A stretch of 64,000 nt of DNA from Octopus sinensis (taxonomy: Eukaryota): assembly GCF_006345805.1 (NCBI RefSeq), contig NC_043003.1:70990001-71054000 (forward strand), written 5' to 3'. The notes beneath the pieces are model-generated. The model had not been told where the DNA came from and ran no database searches. It saw only the letters and a list, made by a program, of their open reading frames with translations. Positions 1 to 11,179 of the stretch are shown piece by piece. Each line of letters opens with the position of its first letter. Within the stretch, counting starts at the first letter, position 1. A program made the position numbers and the translations under genes.

Positions 1-134
1 TTTTTTTTCAAGGCTTGAGCACCAATTGAAAAATACAAATTTGATTGCGAAGAATTCAAATTTGATGGCAAAGAATCCAAACTAGATCGAAAACATCTAA
101 CTATCTATCTGTCTGTCTGTATATATATATATAA

Positions 135-425
135 AGGGTAAAGACCACCTTCGGTCATGACTGACCGTGGGATTGCACCCTCCTAGACACAAGTCCGGGC
201 AAGGTTGTTTATGGAAGACCAGCAGTCGCCCATGCATACCAGCCTCCCCTCTCCACGCCACCAGTGTTATCCAAGGGAAAGACAAAGCTTGGCACCAGTG
301 ACGTCGCAACTCATTTCTACAGCTGAGTGAACTGCTCAAGAACACAACACGCAGCCCGGTCCGGGATTCGAGCTCACAACCTCACGATCGTAAGCTCGAC
401 GCTCTAACCACTGAGCCATGCGCCT
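135..425 (-). mobile_element. tRNA-derived SINE, near full length
   Basis: Minus strand starts AGGCGCATGGCTCAGTGGTTAGAGCGTCGAGCTTACGATCGTGAGGTTGTGAGCTCGAATCCCGG (Pol III box A/B, tRNA-like head), followed by a tRNA-unrelated body; adjoins (TA)n. Confidence 0.8.
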
Positions 426-441
426 ATATATATATATATAT

Positions 442-554
442 ATTTATTATATAGAAGGAGCTTCTACAGGACTAGAACTGTTTCATTCAAGAGTGAAGAT
501 TTCTCTTGAATGAAACAGTTCTAGTCCTGTAGAAGCTCCTTCTATATAATAAAT
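442..554. repeat. Perfect 52-bp inverted repeat with 9-nt loop
   Basis: 442-493 is the exact reverse complement of 503-554; loop TGAAGATTT. Confidence 0.95.
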
Positions 555-620
555 TAATTTTACTCTGCTATGTATTGAGTACCTTATTTACTGTGGTTAA
601 CCCCGAATCAACCCGGGACC

Positions 621-715
<95 letters not shown>

Positions 716-728
716 TATATATATAATA

Positions 729-765
<37 letters not shown>

Positions 766-813
766 ATATATGTATATATATATTATATATATAATATATA
801 TATATATAATATA

Positions 814-897
<84 letters not shown>
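621..897. repeat. (TA)n microsatellite, representative of dozens of (TA)n, (TATG)n, (CA)n, (TATC)n, (TAA)n, (TAG)n and (AG)n tracts
   Basis: Directly visible; source of the YIYI, CVCV and MYVC pseudo-ORFs. Confidence 0.98.
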
Positions 898-898
<1 letters not shown>

Positions 899-1016
899 CA
901 ATTAAGGACAACTACTTAATAAGGAAAACTTAACAAGAAATTGTCAGGTAGATAGCGTGAAAACCTCATAAGAGAAAAAATTTCGAAAATAATTATTTCT
1001 TATTGAACATATTAAT

Positions 1017-1258
1017 TTATATATAGAGGGCATTATACATACATGCCAGATGGCATTATACATACATGCCACACGCTAAGAGGGACAATTAGTCATTTCT
1101 ACCAAAAATATTACTAATCCCACCGAATGCAATTTTTCAAAGTAAGACATTTAAAAAATATAGACCTGTATCACCGTGATTTCATACTTACGTATTCATC
1201 AGCAGGCATGTATGTATAATGCCATCTGGCATGTATGTATAATGCCCTCTATATATAA
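1017..1258. repeat. 54-bp perfect inverted repeat flanking a hammerhead (probable PLE pseudo-LTR remnant)
   Basis: 1017-1070 is the reverse complement of 1205-1258; each arm holds two copies of GGCATTATACATACATGCC; bounded by (TA)n. Confidence 0.85.
1164..1207 (-). ncRNA. Type I hammerhead ribozyme, canonical core
   Basis: Minus: GCCTG-CTGATGA-ATAC GTAA GTAT-GAAA-TCACGGTGA-TA|CAGGT. Helix I 5 bp (one G-U), helix II 4 bp with GNRA loop, helix III ATCAC G GTGAT; predicted cleavage between 1169 and 1168. Confidence 0.8.
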
Positions 1259-1269
1259 TATATATATAT

Positions 1270-1340
<71 letters not shown>

Positions 1341-1344
1341 CACG

Positions 1345-1378
<34 letters not shown>

Positions 1379-1859
1379 ATATATAAACTCTGAGTTTCCC
1401 GTTGCCGTTCATATAAATTCATCCACATTTTACATATATATTTCGTAATTTAACATAACTTAATTTAATATAATATAATAGAGTCAAGTCCCTATATTAA
1501 TTTCTTTATTGACTTTTACTACCCTACCTACTAATAGTTAACCTTGGATTATTTGTTTTCTATTTGTATACATTTATATATTTTTTGCCTACTTTGTTGT
1601 TTATGTTATCGTTTATTCATTAACCAAACCATAACAAAGTCATGGCCTTTCAAAACAATAGATGACCAATTAGATTATGGGACTGACCATAACCCACTCC
1701 TCACGTCCCGAAGGAATTCAGCAACTCGATAAACAAAAAGTAACGGAAAAATATAAAATATCTTGATTAATACCTGGAAATTTGTTACTTTTAGTACCGA
1801 ATAATATCACAAGTATTAATATAAACTCTAACCACTTATTGTGGACCTTTATCTCAAGC

Positions 1860-2137
1860 CTTCAATAGAAAACATATCGCGCGTCTACGATGAGTCTACG
1901 ATTTAAAAAAAACTTACCATCATTTTTTCCCATTTTAATGCATTTTTTCGCTATCATATAAGGGAAGTAACTCTCTAAAAATGTCTACGACGAGTCAACG
2001 ATTTAAAAAAAAATTTACCATAATTTTTTTTCCATTTTTAATGCATTTTTTTGCTATATTTTGGCTATAACTCTCTAAAAATGCTTATATAGTTATTTCC
2101 CTTACAAACCCGAGCAACGCCGGGCGATACTGCCAGT
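1860..2137 (+). mobile_element. Helitron-like non-autonomous element, 3' part with 100-bp tandem duplication
   Basis: Subterminal hairpin CCCGAGCAACGCCGGG (2109-2124) then ..TGCCAG|T (CTAG-like end); units start at 1883 and 1983. Confidence 0.6.
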
Positions 2138-2311
2138 ATATATATATATATATGTGTGTGTATAATCATTATAATAATATGAAAAGAAAAATACGAACTA
2201 CTACAGTAATCCTCCTTTCTCAACACACGAAATATGTATGTGCCTATGGGTATGTCTGTACGTAAATATATATATATATATATGTATATGTGTATGTGTA
2301 TATGTGTGTGA

Positions 2312-2360
<49 letters not shown>

Positions 2361-2529
2361 TGCGTGTGTGCATTCCTCATTTATGTACCTTTTCATTTCT
2401 ACAGAACTACAAAACTCTTAAGCTAGAGTGATTATTTAAATTCCACTATTATTTCTCTTTTGATAATTTTCTCTTTCCTCTGTTTATACTTTATCGAATA
2501 AGAATAATATAAATCACCTGATAATAATA

Positions 2530-2578
<49 letters not shown>

Positions 2579-2641
2579 TAATAATTAATTCCGCTGTATG
2601 CATATACATACACACATATATATATATATTATATATATATA

Positions 2642-2681
<40 letters not shown>

Positions 2682-2689
2682 TAAACGTT

Positions 2690-2818
2690 AAAAAAATACA
2701 AACTGGGACAAGAACGTGAAACATTTTGAAGACGACAAAAAAACACACAGACGGGACTTTCGAAGCTCTCAGTCATCAGTCAAGAACCAGATCATCTTCG
2801 CAATTTCGGCTGATAAAT
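2690..2818 (-). mobile_element. Interspersed repeat family E (possible PLE terminal repeat)
   Basis: Reverse-complement homolog of 34387-34580 and 35605-35795 (ATCAGCCGAAATTGCGA.GATGATC.GGTTCTTGACTGA.GA). Confidence 0.65.
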
Positions 2819-2928
2819 ATATGGATATGTAATTATGTATATTTACGCATATATATATATATGTATATGTAAAAGTGTATATATGTATGTATTTATATTT
2901 ATAACTTAACCTTATGAACTTTCTAAAC

Positions 2929-3050
2929 TCTCTGACGAAGCCCAGAGGCACACCCAAGTACCTTAATTTCATCTACCAAATACTTCAGTTCACTGAAGGG
3001 ATGGAAATAAAGTCGGATACTATGACCTCTTGGCTGAAACAGCTGTAAGA
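2929..3050 (+). ncRNA. Hammerhead-like motif with ~97-nt helix II domain
   Basis: CTGACGA 2932-2938; AGCC-C-AGAGG (2939-2948) pairs with CCTCT-T-GGCT (3026-3035); GAAA 3036-3039; palindromic helix III ACAGCTGT; GTA site at 3047. Helix I only 3 bp. Confidence 0.6.
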
Positions 3051-3440
3051 CACTATTCTACTTTCTATGTTCTACGTTATATATGTAAAGCATAATCTGT
3101 TATACATGTATGTATATTGCTATAACTGGTTTTTTTTTAAATAAATAAATAGACATAATATAATGTCTAAAAGTTGATGAATACCAGATCTTGATCCCCT
3201 CCATTTTCTTATTGCCGTATATATATATATGCACACATACACACCGTCATTCTGAAGTTACAGCTCGAGTTGTTATCTATGATCGTAAAGATTAAATGTA
3301 ATTCAAATTCAATGTTTTCTTGAACCAATAAATTTCTATAGAGATTAGGATTTAAATTCTAATCTATGAAAAGTTTCCGTTGTACAATATTCTTAAAGGA
3401 ATGAAAAATTATCCTTCAACTCGGGATAATACGAACGATC

Positions 3441-3994
3441 ATGGTAGGTGTAAAAGACTACCTGGCATCTCTTGTCAAGAGTACAGGCGACAGGTCAGCC
3501 TGTAATGACATGCATAAGATCTGGTCATCAAATCTAAGTAGAGACTTCAAACTTGAAATATTCAAAGCCACAGTCGAACCAATTCTACTATATGGCTCAG
3601 AAACCTGGACGTTATCAAAGAAGCTTGAGAGGCGGTTGGATGGAACCTACACTCGCCTCCTTATGAGAGCTCAAAATCTCTCGTGGAAGCGCCATCCAAC
3701 CAAAATGCAAATATATGGGAAATTACCACCTGTGTCATCTCTTGTGAAAGGTAGGAGAGTCCAGTTTGCTGGACATTGTTGCAGAGCTGAAAAAGAAGTA
3801 ATTTCTCTTCTTCTCCTCTGGAAGCCAACTACTCGCAATACCAGAGGGCGCACACTCTCCTACCCTGATGTAATCTCCAGGGATACAGGCATCCAGCAAC
3901 AGGACCTCCGTAATGCTATGATGGACCGTGAAGTCTGGCGTAACATAGTAAATTCCATTGTCTCGACCACGGTCGAACAATGATGATGATGATG
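3441..3994 (+). mobile_element. RTE-clade LINE 3' fragment
   Basis: ORF with FKATVEPILLYGSETW and RRVQFAGHCCR; ends in a (TGA)n tail. Confidence 0.85.
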
Positions 3995-4340
3995 ACAGGC
4001 GACAGTCAGATCGCTGATGTTTGTTTTGCACTCCTTTGTCATTATTTCAGTGCTGTTATTCTGTGCGTCTGTGTGTAAAGATCAGTTGTGTTTTGCAGGT
4101 TTGCTTTATCTTTACCCTTAACTTTGAAATGGAAAAAGACATAGTGCTAGATATAAATAATAAGCCTGTTGGGGCGAGAAATAAAGCAGAAAAATGTGAA
4201 ATTCTTCGAGCAAGCGTGTGTTATGCGAAATCTGTGATGAGCCCGAGGAACGCTGACGACCTGTAGTCGCCTGTGTTATATACATACATATACATATACA
4301 TACATACATACATACATACATACATACATACATACATACA

Positions 4341-4376
<36 letters not shown>

Positions 4377-4428
4377 TGTATGTATATATATAAATATATA
4401 TATATATATATGGTGATGTATGTATGTA

Positions 4429-5720
4429 CGAGGGGCGTTCAATAAGTAATGCCCCTGACCCACTTCTCATAGCAGTAGAGCAACGAAACTTGGCACAGTT
4501 ATTAGTCTTTTTCTACATAGGAACCACCCAGAGTTACGCATTTCTCCCATCATTTGATGCAGCTCTGGAGACCGTTTTTGTAGAAGACTCCAGCTTGGTC
4601 CTCCAACCACGACGTGACTTTAGAAATCAAGGCTGCATCATCTGTGAAATGCTTTCCTTTCAAAAACAACTTCATGGCTGGGAAGAGGTGAAAATCAGAG
4701 GGTGCAAGGTCAGGAGCGTAGGGGGTATGGGGGATGAGTTCATAACAGCACGCCTGTGCTTCTGATCTGGCGACACGCGAGTTGTGGACCGGAGCGTTGT
4801 CCTGCAGGAGGAGGATGCCTTTGCTGATCTTGCCCCACCTCTTGATTTTGATAGCTTCGCTTAATTTCCTCAAAAGTGAAGCATAATAGGCTCTTGTAAT
4901 TGTGGTACCCTTTGCCAGGAAATCTGTCATCACTACTCCATCCTGGTCCCAGAAGACTGTGAGCATGACCTTCCAGCGGAGGGCTGCACCCTTGCCTTCT
5001 TTGGAGGAGGTGAGTCACGGTACTTCCACTGCATTGACTGGGCTTTGGTCTCTGAATCATAGTGATGGACCCAGGTTTCATCCTGTGTAATCAGTCTTTT
5101 GAAAAATTTTGACTCATCTTCTTGGCATATCTCCAAATTCATCCTCGAGCACTCGACGCGTTCTTGCTTCTGGAAAGGTGTGAGCAACCAGGGAATCTAT
5201 CTGGTAGACACCTTTTGCATATGCAAATGGTCATGAATGATAATTTCCACAGACCCGGTACTAATCTTGACCTCATGGGCTATTTGGCGAATAGTTATGC
5301 ATCGATCTTCCAAAATGGCAGCCTCAACTTGACGGACAGATGCCTCATCAATGGCAGAAGCGGGGTGACCAGATCTGGGAGCTGTTTCCACAGAGTTCCG
5401 ACCATGTTTGAATTCACGATGCCAGCGTTTTACAAGGTCATATGATGGGGCATCATCACCATAAGTTACTTTCATTTCATCAAAAGTCTCCTGTGGTGTG
5501 CGTCCTTTCAAATACAAAAACCGGATCACTGCTCGACACTCAACAGGCTCCATTTCACACTTGACTCAGTTCAAACACCTGTAAATCAGAAACCACAATT
5601 AGCGCAGAGCTGTAATTTGCCACTTCATCTATAGAGATATAGATAATTGCACATGCAAAATTTCAGCTAGATCAAACAACTGCAAGTGGGTCAGAGGCAT
5701 TACTTATTGAACGTCCCTCG
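4429..5720 (-). mobile_element. Full-length mariner (D,D34D; irritans-like), transposase pseudogene 4550-5553
   Basis: 36-bp TIRs (CGAGGGGCGTTCAATAAGTAATGCCCCTGACCCACT, 2 mismatches), TA TSD on both sides; ITQDETW / LQDNAP-34 aa-APSDFHLF; one nonsense codon near 5197 and one frameshift near 4966. Confidence 0.95.
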
Positions 5721-5869
5721 TATGTATGAAATGTAAAAGCCGGACTAGACTACTTTATGTGCAACTCCATTGTCTCCCGAGACAAAAAGGATGCCAACAA
5801 CAACCAACTATATATATATATATATATATGTATGTATGGTGGTTGCCTACTCTTTATGCAGAGCCTGAG

Positions 5870-6560
5870 CCTGACCACTTCTTGTACCTACATCTTAGAT
5901 CCATCATGGCGTCTTATGTGGTTTTTTAAACCAGACAATGTATTAAAATGACAGCCACGTTGTTTGCATATCCGATTTGAACTACCAAGAGCTGCAGTTA
6001 AGTTCTGATCTTTGTGGATCTTAAGACGTTAAAAGAGCTACTCTATTTTCATTACATTTTCCAATCCAATATCGGCCTAAAACAGGTCATGAAATGTAGT
6101 TATTTCCAACTCTTGCGTTGAAATCTCCCAATATGACCAGCTTATCAGAAATTGGTACTTTCCTCAATAATTGTGCTACATCGCCAAAAAACTCTCCTAC
6201 AGTGTCATCAGAAGGAGGCATTGTTGGTGCATAAATACTGACAACGGTAAGAAGCCTACCTTTTGTCAGTTTTATGGTTCGTTCAGATATACCACTTGGA
6301 AATTCTGCAATGGAGGATACTAATGAATTCTTGAGAGCAAACCCAGCACCAGATTATCTACGCTGACCATCAGGTAGGCATCTCCAGAAGATAGTATATC
6401 CATAAGTAGGTTCATTTATTTGAACCTCGCCAGAAAGACGTGTTTCAGAAAGTGGAACATCAAGAGACTATTTCTAAAGCTCGCATGGCCTCTTGTTGAA
6501 ATTATCATCAAGAAGTGTGTGCATATTCCAACAGCCAAAATTCAGAGGATGTTTATCTTT
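5870..6560 (-). mobile_element. RTE-type LINE AP-endonuclease remnant
   Basis: Minus translation gives LNFGCWNMHTLLD, VSIYAPT, LVILGDFNARVG with stops and frameshifts. Confidence 0.75.
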
Positions 6561-6969
6561 ATTTCTTCTTGATGATTTTTTGACCACAGTGGCAGGATGA
6601 CGACCAGGATCACCCTTTGACACACTGGGACACCTGCCCAACCAGATCTGTTCTCCTGATGTTCCCAAGCCTTTTTTTTTTTTTTTGCTATTTACTGAAT
6701 CTGAGACATTTTAGAGTAATTACAAGTGCATTTATAGGTTTCTGCCAACTAATTCAATGATTTTACTAAGATTTGGTGTACAAGAAGTACCTGTGTAGAT
6801 GAATAATTTTCAGTGGGAGCTTACCATTTGCGAGGAAGCTCTGAAAAAGAAGCTGCAGTGGTTTTGCAAGGACTCATTTATATGATTTGAGGAGGATTGC
6901 TGGGAATCCATTGGAGCTAGTAGCTGAGTTTGCATCTATGTCATCTCTTGCCAGTATTATCGTCTTTAG

Positions 6970-7137
6970 TTACGTTCTGAGTTCAAATTCCGCCGAGGTC
7001 GACTTTGCCGTTCATCCTTTCGGGGTCAATAAATTAAGTACCAGTTACGCACTGGGGTCGATATAATCGACTTAATCCCTTTGTCTGTCCTTGTTTGTCC
7101 TCTCTGTGTTGAGCCCCTTGTGAGTAGTAAAGAAATA
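6970..7137 (+). mobile_element. SINE family B, 5'-truncated
   Basis: GAGTTCAAATTCCGCCGAGGTCGACTTTGCC.TTCATCCTTTCGGGGTC; homologous to 32122-32350 and 44099-44319. Confidence 0.9.
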
Positions 7138-7336
7138 TATATTCTCTTCTTTGATGTTGATGTAATCAATTGTTACTGCCCTCCGTTCAGCTTCTGTAAT
7201 AGTAAAGAACTATACGGGTTTGCTAATTTGCATGTACCGTAAGGGTTGAGTAAAGACACTTTAGAATTGTTCATTCAGGGTTTCATCTACCCTCATTGGG
7301 TTTCCCGAGAGGAGCTGTCTCTTTGGAAGAGTAGCC

Positions 7337-7560
7337 CTACACTGAAATGCTCAGAGGCAGTATCCTTTTCGTACCTAAAGAAAGATTTAGGATTTTGTTT
7401 CTTGTGATCCAGGCTTCTCTGTATGCTCTTTCCTTAACATGGGAGCACCTCAGTTGTTTCTCAGTTTGCAGCAGTTCTGTTTCCATGCAGGATTTCCCAC
7501 TGCTTTTCAGTTCTCCGTTAAGGCTGTTTGTAATCTTTGTACGCCGTCTCATAGGGACTT
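7337..7560 (-). mobile_element. Possible decayed CR1/L2-type LINE ORF2 fragment
   Basis: PMRRRTKITNSL..ETELLQTEKQLRCSHVKERAY resembles the inter-domain region of such LINEs; weak. Confidence 0.3.
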
Positions 7561-7864
7561 TTCTCTCCCTGGGAATCTTGTTTTTATATATACACACACA
7601 CAAACACTCACACACACACACACGTATATGTACTTACTAAGACTTTGGCTTTTGCTTAAATTAACTCTAAGGCCTTTCGATTCTAGATCTTGCTTCCTCA
7701 CCTGAAGTTTCCCTAGTTCCGACCTTAAAATAAATAACCATCACAATAACTTGAAAACTGAGTCACCTAGTGACACAAGCTGCAATTTAAACAACACACA
7801 ACATAATAGACAGCATCAAAAACACATAATGCACTAGGGTTAATAAACCCAACAATTTCTCCTC

Positions 7865-8353
7865 AAAGACATACATCATCTCGAAAGAGTCCAGAAGCTG
7901 GCTACCCGCATGGTTCTTGGTCTCAAGCATTTGTCTTATGAAGAAAGGTTGAAGACGCTCGACCTTTATTCTCTAGAAAAACGACAACGCCGTGATCTCA
8001 TTCTCGCTCACAACATTAGAAGCGGAAAGTGTAACCTCTTGAAAGAGCTGTTCTTCACTCCTGCTCCAAAGCGTTGGCTGCAGGGTCACTCCGAAAAGCT
8101 CTATCTGCGACGATTTCATCTCAATCGAAGGAGAGGGGCTTTCTCCGTCCGGGTTGCGGATCCGTGGAATAAGCTGCCGGACGAGATAGTGAAGATGCCG
8201 ACGACCGCTCGGTTCAAAGTCTCTCTTGACCAGAAATGGCCTGAACTCTTAGCATGAACACCCTCCCTATACATAACTCCATGTCCCCCTACATGGCCTT
8301 GCTTTTTGCTTCTTGACCCCAAAAATTAACTTAACTTAACTTAACTTAACTTA
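7865..8353 (+). mobile_element. CR1-clade LINE 3' end
   Basis: LSYEERLKTLDLYSLEKR..FSVRVADPWNKLP..FKVSLD, short 3' UTR and (TAACT)n tail. Confidence 0.85.
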
Positions 8354-8369
8354 AATGTAAAAATCCTGT

Positions 8370-8640
8370 TACAATCCGATCCATGGATCTCACGTTTCTT
8401 CAAGAATTGCACGACAATATTTAACAGGCATACTGTAAGGGTGTCATACGCAAACTCCTGCAACATATTCACCAGATCAACAATAGAAAATTGAACAAAG
8501 GCTTGGAAAACACACCCAGTTATTTCTGTTTTATTTTAACAAATCTGTCCGACGAACGGGAACGTGAAACTCTGAGTAACAACTTTTGTTATATTTCTGC
8601 TGCTTTTAAATAAAGCTTATCACTCTACCTCTGAGTACTC
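8370..8640 (+). mobile_element. PLE fragment with decayed hammerhead
   Basis: Encodes IFNRHTVRVSY (PLE RT-EN linker motif IFNRNT.K.SY); followed by CCGACGA-ACG GGAA CGT-GAAA-CTCTGAG-TA at 8549-8578. Confidence 0.6.
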
Positions 8641-8676
8641 TTTTTTCCACATTGTTTCACATTCATGGCTTCCTCC

Positions 8677-8765
<89 letters not shown>

Positions 8766-8927
8766 AGCAAACACACATACCTATATATATATATGCATAC
8801 CACACACATACACACACACACACACACACACATGCATATATGTATCATTTTTAGAAAACATAAATGCGAAAGAAGAAGCACACTCTAAGATATAGAACAT
8901 AATATATTAAAAATTGGGAAGGCCGGT

Positions 8928-8997
8928 TTATGGGATTACCTTAGGTTTCCCGTCCATAAAATGTTTAGCTATATGGCGAATCGTCAGATCCCAAAAA
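8928..8997 (-). ncRNA. Type I hammerhead ribozyme in PLE terminal repeat
   Basis: Minus: TGGGAT-CTGACGA-T-TCGCCATA..TATGGACGG-GAAA-CCTAAGG-TA|ATCCCA. Helix I 6 bp, bulged helix II; cleavage between 8937 and 8936. Confidence 0.75.
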
Positions 8998-9460
8998 GCC
9001 TGTTGGTCCATGACCACTTAAAAATATGTATGGGGGAAATGCTTCACTACTTAAAGGTAACACTTGGGAATTATTTCCCTTTGCTATTAGCTGTCGACTT
9101 CCGGCTGTACCGCCCTCTTGTGGGCTCCGAAAAGCTAGCAGGAAGCTCCTGAAACGTAAATATGGCCCGAAAATCTCCGTTCTGGAGTTAAGGATGTCCC
9201 TTGGTTCAAGCGAGTCTTTTAGGACTCTCGCGCGTTCAGCTATGTATAACTTGCAACGCTTCGTCCCATTGAAGTAGGGGCCTGGGTTCTCGAGGATTTT
9301 CCATGAGATCGAGTATGAAATTCCGTCCTCTCTTACTTGCCAGACGTGGGTGGCCAGTGATATCACATATCTCCTTTCCGGAACTCTGAAGGAGGACCTT
9401 TGGTTGGAGAGACGTTGCTTGAAAGAGTTCACGGAAATCCAATGTATCTCCGTGGTCATG
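8928..9460 (-). mobile_element. PLE 3' part: GIY-YIG endonuclease remnant plus terminal repeat
   Basis: RYIG(frameshift)SVNSFKQRLSNQRSSF..SLATHVWQV..YSISWKILE..PYFNGTKRCKLYIAER..LNSRTE, typical of the PLE GIY-YIG C-terminal half. Confidence 0.85.
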
Positions 9461-10142
9461 TGTTGTCGGTGATGTATCTGCTGGTGTTGCTGCTGTTGTT
9501 GTTGTTGTTGCCGCCGCCGACGTTGTTGCTGGAGCTGAGACTGCTGGTGGTGGCGTCGGCAATGTTATCGCCATTGCCGGTTAAATTGAAGGTACTGTTG
9601 TTGTTATTATTGTGGTCCTCGTCATTAGTGGCAGAGCTGCCATTGCTGCTAGAGGTGTCCAATGGCAGCTCTCCAGGCAATGATGAATTCCTGCTCACTG
9701 AGTGAGAAGGTCAAAGCGCATGATAAATCTGTCACTTATCTTAGAGATGAAACATAAGCTAAAATGCAGAGTCGAGTAAAACAAATAATGAAAATTAAGG
9801 TAAGTTTTAATAATTTTTTGTCTTTCAATGGAAATAGTAACGAAAAGAAATTCATAAATACAAGCATTTATTTTTTTGCTTGGAAAAAGTTCGAAGAGAA
9901 ATTGCTTTCATATTAATTTATTTTTGCTATAAAAATGCCTCCCACCTGCCACATTTCCAGGGGTGTTGTGAAAAATAAACGGAAAAATCCCCTTCAAAAA
10001 CAGAAAATCCAACTTATGTGGGTTGGGTGTCCCGATCTGAAACTCCACCCCGCAAAAAAACCCCAAAAAACCCCCAGAAACATTGAAGTGGGTCAATGAA
10101 AATATAAAATTGGATACACGTAGAGAAAACACACACACACGC

Positions 10143-10236
<94 letters not shown>

Positions 10237-11009
10237 ACACATACACATACACATGCGCGCGCACACCCACAAATATGTAGAAAAGCAAATAATGTGAAAG
10301 ACCCTTCAGAAATAAGATGTTACTATTGATCAAACTATGAATTTAATTGGAAATAATGATTAAAAGTTAAAATAGAAGAGCAAAAGACTATCACAAAAGC
10401 AAATAAGCTTATTAATTAGAAATAAGCATACAATAAGGGAGGGGGAACATTTCGCGATTAAGGAAGATAATGTGCTGGAAGAGAGAGATACACATAGAAG
10501 ATAAGAGTAAAGAAGAGGAGAAAGAAGAAAAGAAAAGAAAAAAAGGAAAAAAGTTAAATCAAAGGAAGTCAAAATAAGATTTCTAACATGGACACTAGGC
10601 CGCAAAGATAAAAGGCAAAATTGACAGTCTTTGAGCTCAGAAGAAAAGAGGCGTAACTATCCTCATTTCCCAAGATGTTATCAAGTCCACATTACATTTT
10701 ATATGTTGATTAAATAAGTTGATATGTCGAACCAATTTTTTACTTTCTGTATGTAAAAATAGTGGTGGAGATATCAATGATTAACACATAGCCGAGTTTC
10801 ACAAATATTTAGACCATTATATCAAGGAGTTTATGGTAGCGGAATTGTTGCTGCTGTTATTAGCAGTGATGGTGGTGTCTGGTGTACAGTATATATTTTC
10901 AAATATTTTCGATTCATCATCATCATGTACTTCGTGATGTTTCCGTCAAAAAGAAGTATATCTAAATATAAACGAGTAATTCAGCTAATCCACCGTCCTC
11001 AACAATGAT

Positions 11010-11163
11010 AATAATCCTTTCTGCTGAAGGCACAAGGCCTAAAATATTGAGGTGGGTGGGGGGATAGTCAATTATATTGACCCCAGTACGTAACTGGTAC
11101 TTATTTCATCGACCCTGAAAGGATGAGAGGTAAAGTTGACCTCGGCGGAATTTGAACTAAGAA
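11010..11163 (-). mobile_element. SINE family C fragment
   Basis: Shares the family B core (GTCGAC..TTCATCCTTTC.GGGTCG) but has an AGGCCTTGTGCC tail; homolog at 51767-51940. Confidence 0.75.
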
Positions 11164-11179
11164 TATAAATGATATTTTG

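Noticed and set aside
360-425. tRNA genes (also the SINE heads at 14474, 25040, 53353 and 53699)
   Set aside because: tRNA-like 5' parts continue into repeated SINE bodies and lack a complete acceptor stem.
8544-8585. Active hammerhead
   Set aside because: U4->C in the core and a 3-bp helix I; treated as decayed. A more degraded relative lies at ~1386-1410 (minus).
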